Of a stretch of 57,627 bases of DNA, positions 48,231 through 57,627 are shown piece by piece. This DNA is from Obrimoposthia wandeli. Lineage: Eukaryota. Position 1 is the first letter of the stretch. Each line of letters starts with the position of its first letter. The notes beneath the pieces were generated by a model. The model did no database searches, was not told the DNA's origin, and saw only the letters and a program-made list of their open reading frames with translations. A program made the position numbers and the translations under genes. The stretch spans positions 1 through 57,627 of the forward strand of contig CDROCS010006758.1 of the NCBI GenBank assembly GCA_977020255.1. Direction: 5' to 3'.

Positions 48231-50992
48231 TAAAGAATGGCACAAAAAACATTCATAAATGTTATTTACTTATTGTTGATAAAATTTTAAACAACTATGA
48301 AAAATTATAAAATGTGTCGTATTTCACTTGGCACAAATTAGTTAGTTTTGGATTTAATTTTAGGATTGATTTAGAAGAATATGTTCGAGAGTAAAATTTC
48401 AATCTCACGAAAAATCCTCATTAATTGCACTGCCATGAAGGAAAGGATTTAATGCCTATTATTGAAGATGATTAAAATATATATTATGTCTTGAATCAAA
48501 AGAAAATTGATGTATTAAAAGTTAAATTTCCTAATTTGAAGTTTTCCAAATTTAATTTCAATGCTCAAACAATGATGGAGTATCCTAGAAACATTAAATG
48601 TCCGTTTTGTGAGCATGGTTATAATTGTGTTTATTACAATTGTATAAATATGTGTTGTTATTTTATATCTAATAATTTAATTTTTTTATTTATTAATATA
48701 TGTATATACAATGCCATATTTTTCATATTTATTTAAATTTAGCTAAGAGTAGCCAAATCTAAACTAACTCTATTGTAAAATGCTTACACGCTTCTATCAT
48801 GCTTATATTTATATATTATGCTTAAAATTAAGCTTTAGTAACGTAAATTTATATTGAACAATAACAGTTTAAAAACTTTAAAATTATGAAGAAATTTATT
48901 TAGGTTTTTTAATTTGTAGAATACTTACCCATGTGGCAGTCTGATATGCTGTTTGGTAATGCTTCATTGATGTAGAAATTTTTGTTACCTGAGTGTGAAT
49001 AAATTATTAAATAAAATAATCATGCTACGATAGTAATAATATTTAGATATATTAATATTGTAAGTATGTAATAAAATTACGTTTGATTCATCTTCTAAAA
49101 TCCTATATAAAAGTTCCCACGATGCTGCTTGATTCTGTAACATAGATACATCGGTGTTAATAAATATCTGTAAAGATGAAGACATTAATAAAGAAACAAG
49201 TGTTAAAAACATCTTGCCTCATCTAATATCTGACCAATTTCAGTGTAAGTAGACAATGAAGATTGATGTTGAACCTCCTCTAATAGCTGATCAATTTCCG
49301 GATTAGTAGCCAGTGATGATTGATACCGCTGATATGTTTTCATTTATATATAATTAAAATAAAACTTCCAATATGCTTTTTTCCTTGAATATGTGCTCTG
49401 AATGAGAATTCGTTCATTTTTCCTGTTTTACATAATTTGCAGTACATTTTGAAATTTCAAATCCTAAAAATAGAAATGAAATTTAGATTAATTTTAACAT
49501 TATTTGTTAACTAATTAAACAATATATAGAGATTTTTAAAAAAAGGTCCTGCAAACGAGATATTGTCATGTTTCCTATATAGGTACAAATACTTGATAAT
49601 TAAGAAATAAAAGTAAGCGAATGAGATATTTAAAAAAAAATAGACTTCACAAACATTTTCTATTAGTTTTTAAATCTGATTTATTTCGATACGTATGCTT
49701 CTTCAATTTTGTTAATACAATTTTCTCAAGCAAAACTAATTTTAATAATAAATTCATCGAATGATTAAGAAAAATAATTGCCTTATTATAAATTATATTT
49801 CATTTTTCTAGTTTTCAGACGACAAAGATATTATCAGTGCTATTTATTTAAAAAAATATATTATTTTCAAAGTTTGATTAATAAAAAATTCAAATAAAAT
49901 TATAAATTATTTTTAATTTCTTAATCAAATAAAAATATTGAACTTCACTTTAATGACAATTTAACAATGGGAATTAAAAGTAGTAACATCTTCAATTTTG
50001 TTTTTATTTTTTTTAAAACAAAACTAATTTTTAATAATAAATTATCGGAATCATAAGAAAAATAATTGCCAAAGATTTTTCTAATAAAGTTTTGATAATT
50101 AAAATCGTAAAACAATCGAAAAATGTTGTTCTCGTTTGAAGTGTGGAAATTTTTGACGCTTTGACATCGCATGAAATGTGTAACAGGAAAAGAAACTCAC
50201 TGAAAGGATTAAAATCGTAGTTTTAATATTACTAGAGAAGGAGTTCAAATTTTGATGCTTAGTGAACTTAATAAATTGTTGCAAAGAACTTGTTTGAGAT
50301 AAAATAACAATTTAAATAAAATGTATCACTAATCGAATTAATGATTAACTAATTGTACTGATTGTTACTGATTGTTACTGATTGTAATAATCATATTTTA
50401 AAATGCAGTGTGCATATCCTGTTATTTAATAAAATATTACATCAAGATTTGTATCAAATAATCAAATATGATGTTCCTATAGTCATCGATTTACCGGTGG
50501 TGAGTTCAGCCATGTAATATATTATTGTCTCCTGTTTTTATTTAGTCAATATTATAATTCGTAAAAATGTTATTAAAAGGATTCTCATGTAATATTTTAC
50601 TAACATTCTACATTTAAAATATTAAATTAATATTACTACAAGTCAATTTTGACAGTAAAAACATAAATTTATATTCAAGAAACAAGCTATTTTGATATCC
50701 TTTGCCGATTAATATCGTATTTATCGACCATAATAAAATAAAATGTAATAATTAAATTCTTATAAAAAATGTATGAAAAACACTTAATATTGCTAATACA
50801 TAACGTTACGTAATAATTACATTATTTACGTATTGCCCTTTGTATCACCCTACTGCTAACGCACTACATTACGTAACAATTACATTATTGATGAGTCTGT
50901 AACATAGATACATCGGTGTTAGTAGGGACATTACTGTTAAAAACATCTGTAGGGTAGAGGGTACTGTGCCCGAATCGACACATCTACCTACT

Positions 50993-53370
50993 ATACACAT
51001 TCATTTTCTCAAACATAACTTCTTCATTGATTAATTTGATTAAAATATATATTGTCTCCTTTTGGTTTGCTCTTTGTATACAACGACCATATCCTTTTAA
51101 TAATCCTCGCGCTGCACGTCTGCATGTCAGGTTTTCATAACTGTGTTTAACCAATTCTGTTCGCAATACTCCTAATTTTTGTGATTTAACTTTTTCTAAC
51201 TTTATAAAAACTTCCGGAGCTTTGCTTGCTTCATCCAGAGATTGACTCAATATTTCTTTAGCTTCACTAAGTATTTCGTTGACATTTTCGATACTATTTG
51301 TGTTTATTGCTGTATCTATGTGATCAGTCATAGGTTGTGCATTACAACTCTTTTTCATGAGTGTTTTGTACGCTTCTAATATTCGATTCATAAAATCATT
51401 AATCTCTTCTGTAGTGTGATGTTTTTTTACCTTAACGTGATAACATAGATTAATTCGATATCTTTGTGTGGGTGAGTTCTCAATTATTCTCAACATTTGT
51501 TCAAATTTATGGTAATTATATTCAAAATATATTTCATGTCTAAGTTCTATCTCACGCTTTCTATCATTTATGTAACTAAAATTTCCTTTTGGTTTCGATT
51601 AACTTTTACGACTATTCGAATTTTCAACATTATTATTATATCTTCCTGAATTATTGTATCTCTCGGCTACGTGCTGTATATCTGTATAATTATTATATCT
51701 TCCTGGTGACTGTTGTCTATCCGTATACTGATTATTCGTTCTCCATTATGGTGGAGTATACCTGCCACCTATATTCCATGATGAGGATGAGTTATATCCT
51801 CTGTAATTACTATTACCAAATTCTTTTCATCTTGTACAATTGCTTGCGTAATGATCCATTTGTTTACATATATAATGCTGCATTTTTCTCGAATATCTAG
51901 CTTATTCTGTTTATCTTTGAACTGCACTCGACGACTATTCTGTATATTTTCATATCGTCCTCTAAAATCATTTATTTGGAAATTGGATTCATAAGAAATT
52001 GGATTATTGAATTTTCTATCTCTATCTCCTGAATTATTTCTCAATCGAGAGTCATTTCGCTCTCCTCTGTTCACACTATTATTCCGATCATCTCCTCTCC
52101 AGTTAAGGCCATTTCCTGAATTGTTTATTATCGAATTTAATGTTTCTTTGATCATAAAATTCCCTGTTATTCTCTGTTCTTCTATTTATCGAATAATTTT
52201 AATTTATATTACTCGAATAATATATCTCAAATCATCTCTATTTCTACTTCTGAAATGATATCTATTTCCGTTAATAAATTCATATCTTTTCTCAAATCTA
52301 TTTATATCTTTGAAATCGTATTGTCCATAATTTTAACTTTGAAAAGTATTTGGTTCTGTCGTACTCACAAACACTCTTGTCTTATTATCATAATTTGTCG
52401 TAACTGCGTAAATCGCTAATGCTGCATGTTTCAAAATATTATTCTCAATTTCTCTCGCTTTTCGTACGGCTTTATCAAAATCATTTGTATCTAATACTGC
52501 TAATAACACTTTAATATCCTTGTTCAGTCCACTTCTTAATATATCTAGCAAAACTTCTGCAATTTCGCATTCATTCCGATTATCTCCTGCTAATTGTACT
52601 TATGCAGCTACAGGTTCGCCTGCATGATTTCTCAATATTTTTCTTGGATGCGCTCGTGCTGCAAAGTTCTCAAAATATACGCGTATTCATTCACGCTTTC
52701 ATCATGTTTATGTTTCCGTTCTCTCAAATTTCGTTATTCACTTTCACTAAATCTCCCAATACCAATTTTCCTATAAAAAGCATTTTCCAATGTTTCCAAT
52801 TTTCACGTTCTGCTTCTGTCATATGTTTATAAACCTCGAGTGCTAATCCTGTCAAATGTGCTTGTACGCGGACATATGTTTCTATATCGTTTCATCCTTA
52901 AACATCTGCGCAACTTCTTCAATATTCTTCGATAAAGTCATAAATACTTTCCTCATCTCCTTTAAACTTCACGATCTGCAGTGAGCCTGTAAATTTGGGT
53001 CTCAACGTCGCATTCAAAACTTGTGTTAACTGTTCCACATTCATATTACCTGGATTTGCCATATTCTCCTTAATTACCTTTTCAATATTATTCAAATTAA
53101 TATCCTCAATCTCTTCTGGAATACGATTTCAATTTCTTCTTGATTTACTTCAATATCTTCTTGACTCACTTCGCCGATTAAGTAAGTCAAATCAAAACTG
53201 TCGGTTGAAACTGCTGACCGATTTATGTCTCTAATAATACTGTTTCTTCGGCTCTAAATTCTTCTGTAACTTCTTTATCTGCACGAGGAACCTGTTCAAC
53301 TTGGCTCTGTCTGTTATTGTTTATATCTTCTCGAGAAAACTGTTCAACTTGACTTTGTCTTCTAGTATTA
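50993..53370 (-). pseudogene. gag plus unknown ORF of element A, copy 2
   Basis: Colinear with 13524-15900. Confidence 0.7.
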
Positions 53371-53813
53371 AACGCGGGTCATCCTTGATTATCCGTTATC
53401 TTATCAAATACGAATTTATTTATCTCTTTACAATTTCGATTCTCTAATTTCTTTTTATCTCTTACATCTCGATTACTCAACTATTATTTTACAAACTATT
53501 ATATCAATTTATCCGCTTCGAGGAACCTATTCAACTTAATTTTTCACCTTATTCAATTTATCTATTCAAGTAAGTTATTCGCCTCGATTAACGTATTGAT
53601 TCTCTTATTAATTCTCTTATTTTCTATTCAATTCTCTTATTATATCTCTTATTCAATTTTTATTTTCAAGTAAATTATTCTCCATTCGCTTATATACTCT
53701 TATTCTCTTATTCTTCTTAATTTCTTCTAAAACTTCTTCTCAAATTATCTCTCTATTCTATCTGAATTCACTGTGTCTGACGAGCTATCCTCATTTGGGG
53801 TACCAATTTAATA

Positions 53814-55130
53814 TGTTGGGGTTTCTCCGGAGACCCCCAATCTGAGTTCTGTAGCGATAGGGTTTACAGACGTGCGTGGCCTACCTATTCTAATTTTCTA
53901 AAGGTTTGTCTCACTTATCTGAAGGTTTCTATTTGTGTTATGTTATTTTGTGTTGTGTATGGAGATTATGTTTAATATAACTAGAGGGACCCTAAAACTA
54001 TTGTGGTGTGGTGTGAGGCTGATGTATTGAGTCGGTTAATCTAATTATGATTTTATTTCAAACAAGGGTCTGATACAATCAAGACCAAAATTAAGCAAAT
54101 GAAGCCAGAACCAAGCAACGCTAACGACGACCCTCTGAATATATCATGATCTGAGTCATCATCATGTGGTTAGCTCTCAGCTGGCTTTTACATTAGTGAA
54201 TCCGAAGATGCTGTGAGGCTGCTTACTTCTAAAACACAATTCGTGAGATTACTCTAAAATACTAATTTTATTCCTTAATACACCAGAGTGGAGATTGCTT
54301 AAAACAATTAGGTTACTGCTAAAACTCCAAGGGAAATAGGGCGACACTCTAACGGTTAGAGTCTAACCGGTATTTTATTAGTTTAATTAGAAAATATTAT
54401 TCCAATCTACTTCTTTTCAAAATACGTTTCCTTACTAAATTTCTAATGTCAATGTAACTTTTACACGTCTTTTTACACAATAGCTTAGCTTTCAATAGCT
54501 TTGACTAATACACGAATTACACTGAATTTAATTTATCCGTTCGTCTATCTCTTGTTACTTGTACTGCGTTTACTCTGGTGCGATTGAAACTCTTTACTGT
54601 GATCTATATCTTATTGCTTGTTTCCGAATTCGCCTTGTATTCGTTTTGCTATTTTTAAATTATTGACAAAATTGTTTATTTTTACGCTTAAAGTTTTAGT
54701 GTGCTGAATTGGAACGTGTGCTGAATCAGAATGTCAATATGGTCGGGTTGCTTATGGTCAGTGTTACTGTAGGCCAGATGTTCGGAATTATTCGAAATAG
54801 ATTTCTGCTATCAGTTTCTGACTCCTTCAAACCTGAATTCCGCTGTCGGAATGCACAATTCTTAAATATAGAATTTTTCTGAAACTGAACTTTTTGTAAT
54901 TTAATGACTTCGAATTTCCAAAGCCTTTTTGTAAAATTTTTGTTTATTAAATACATTTTATGACCTCTTCAAGGTCTCACTGGCTCAATATTATATATCA
55001 TAAATTTATTTTCACCTCATTTAATTCTAATTTAACCTTGTTTGTTTTATTACATTTTACAAATTTTCCTAATCTAACAATATTACAGATAACTTAACTA
55101 CAGCAGTTAAATAACAAATGATAGCAGTAA
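53814..55130 (-). mobile_element. LTR A, copy 2
   Basis: Colinear with 16343-17645. Confidence 0.6.
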
Positions 55131-55139
55131 ATCTGATGG

Positions 55140-56250
55140 CTAAAAGCCAGTGATATCATGTATCAGTTGACAGATTTTACGAGGGAGGGAGTATTGCGAG
55201 ATTATTGGGAAGTCAGTCTAAGTAAGAAAATAGTCATAGCGACTACATGTTTATGTCTTCAGTTAACAGAAAGGACAAGTAAACCGAAAGAAATCAAACA
55301 AGGAATAAATGAGGAAATGTTTCTGATTGAAAATATTTCAACAACGTATCGACAAAACGGAAGAAGATGGATAAAATTGAGTTATTATGCTTAAACATTT
55401 ATAGAAGTAACCTAAGTCGACGGTGAACAAATTCATTAAAATTTGTGACAAAACGAATAAACAGTGTAGTGAAATTGAAAAAAAATAATCAACCTAACAA
55501 TGACGAGGATGATGTTAGTTACGTTTATGGGAATGCAACATCTCATGAGCAGTGGTAGCGTATAATTGCAGACTACCAAAGATGGGACAGAAGTACTCAA
55601 TACTTGACAGTGAAGATTGACCAGAATCACAACCCCCGAAATTGACAGTAGTAGGTATAGCAAATTATTTTGTTTATCAAGAAGTCGATAAATTACAAGT
55701 TGAAGTAAGAGAATATATAATTCACCTAAGTTATCAAGAGTTCTACTGTGGATAAAGAAGTACACAATATATTCTTAGAGATTGTGCGGAGGAGTTTAGA
55801 ACAGGAAGAATACTAATAGATAAAGAATATCAACATGTAGCTAAAGTTGTTATACGCCGATATGAAGTAGTTACGAGAATAGGAAGACGATGGGATAATG
55901 GGGCTTGCATCGAAAAAGCTAGATATGTATGCGGTACATTTGTTCATTAATTGGTACTATATACATTGTACGAAATAGAATTGAAGACAAGCACAGCTAG
56001 TTTTGATATAACTATGAAACGAATTTTGAAATAGCCAGAATGTAAAGCGTCAGGTATGTATTTTCATACAGGCAACTCCACAATAGAGAAACCCTTGAGA
56101 AAAGTTTCTTTAGTACTATAAAAGAAATGTAATAAAAAAAGAGTTATATAATAAAGGATGTAATGGATTTCATGACACAGCATGAGCAATGCTGATATCA
56201 CCCACACTACTAATGGTGACATTAGCTGAAGATGTAAAAAAGGATAATAA
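55140..56250 (+). pseudogene. Envelope 5' fragment, copy 2
   Basis: Colinear with 17650-18770. Confidence 0.65.
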
Positions 56251-56256
56251 GGTATA

Positions 56257-56380
56257 TTCAATCGGTAGTAGCGACGGGCGGTGTGTCAAAGGGCAGTGGA
56301 CGTAATCAGTAAACTAATCACTTGCAGTTACTAGGGGATTCCTCGTTCATGTGGAAAAAATTGCAATCCACAATTCCTGA
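56257..56380 (-). pseudogene. 18S rRNA fragment, copy 2
   Basis: Same fragment with small indels. Confidence 0.88.
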
Positions 56381-57627
56381 TATGGTGTTTAAAGTCAGTA
56401 CTAAACTTTGGTAACGCAAGGGACAACATTTTTGAGGTACATGGAAGTTGAAAAACGAATCCTAAACAAATTTATTTAATTTCTAATGGTTGACAAAAAT
56501 AAAAATATAGGTTTAAACTAAATGATACGAACAATCACTATACTGACATAGGGTATGTACAAATGTATTTATTTCACAATAGAAACATTTGATTAAACAT
56601 TTTCTTTCAACAGTTTTGTACTTGAATAATATATTTATAATGAAGCTATCCTTTTGATGGAGAAATGGTACTTTGTTGTGCCAGTCACTGTTATGATCGA
56701 GTCATATTAAGACTTGACCCTTTTACCCTTTGTTCAATCAGTTTAACCTGCATGACAATCTCAGATTCAGTATTTTAGGGTATCTACAAACGATATAGGA
56801 TCATGAATCACCGCTTCCTTTTTCTGCTGCATGTGAGGCTCACTTTAAAAAGTTCGTCATCTTATTCATTATGCTGTTGTCATGCATGACGCAAAGAAGT
56901 GTCAAAACAAATCGTATGCCAACTTTATGTTCCGGAATGAAGAGGTAATAAAAATTGAACTTATATGATACAATGGTGACGCTGACGTATCATTGAAGAT
57001 ATTATTGATATAATTACAAATATAATATGTGTTAGGTGTTTGATGGAAAACGTATCTCTATAAGTTTATAATACTTTAAAATATTGGAATCTTATTAATA
57101 AATTTGTTGGATTATGATCAATACTACAGCAAGTAATACAGAACTATATAATGGTTCAGCCCACTTATTAGACAGCAATATTTTATTCAAATTTAGTTAT
57201 TGGAATTAGTAGTAGGTTATGTATTCAAATATTCATTCGTACCTCTTCTAATCAATCAAACATAACAATCATTTAAATTTTCAAAATTTTAAAAGTTGCT
57301 TACGTTAATAATAAAAATATTTTAAATAGATTACATAGGTCACCAAGATTAAATTTACATAATACTGATATAGCAGGTATAATATAAATATTTCTGATAA
57401 TGGTTGCAAACATATAAGAAACGACTACTAGAATGCTGCAAGATACTAAGTAGAATTGCATTAAAAAACTCAAACTGTTAAGATTAGGAACTTATAGAAT
57501 TAAAAAACGACTATAAAATAAAAAAAGTAAAAACCTTAATTAAAATTTAAACAAAATAAATTAAAATTAAAATAAAAATTAATAAAATTAAAATAAAAAA
57601 TGGTTAGGACCTTGAAGAGGCCATGCG

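Larger units (their letters stand above)
37492..57627 (+). repeat. Copy 2 of the tandem duplication
   Basis: Colinear with 1-20167 throughout, with scattered substitutions, small indels and short insertions. Confidence 0.97.

Overview
AT-rich animal genomic DNA, probably a planarian or related flatworm (inferred from the H2B sequence MAIGGK...KYTGSK and 39-42 nt introns). The window holds about 1.5 units of a ~37.4 kb head-to-tail repeat: 1-20167 recurs at 37492-57627, with real substitutions plus many small indels concentrated at both window ends. Each unit is a nest of mobile DNA. (1) A Polinton/Maverick (adintovirus-type) arm carries pPolB, an intron-containing adenain protease, a broken major capsid gene, two Gly-Gly core-like proteins, penton, DDE integrase and packaging ATPase. 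It also carries a decayed, intron-containing TATA-binding-protein-like gene and a diverged paralogous ORF pair next to an AGTAGGT terminus. (2) pPolB occurs as three scrambled pieces around an intact solitary replication-dependent H2B gene. (3) Remnants of a long-LTR retroelement family include gag, a PBS and a chuvirus/gB-like envelope glycoprotein, but no visible RT. (4) There is also an intact single-exon secreted 263-aa gene, a hAT remnant, an 18S rRNA fragment and several tandem arrays. All protein assignments come from manual translation and motif recognition; no database search was run.
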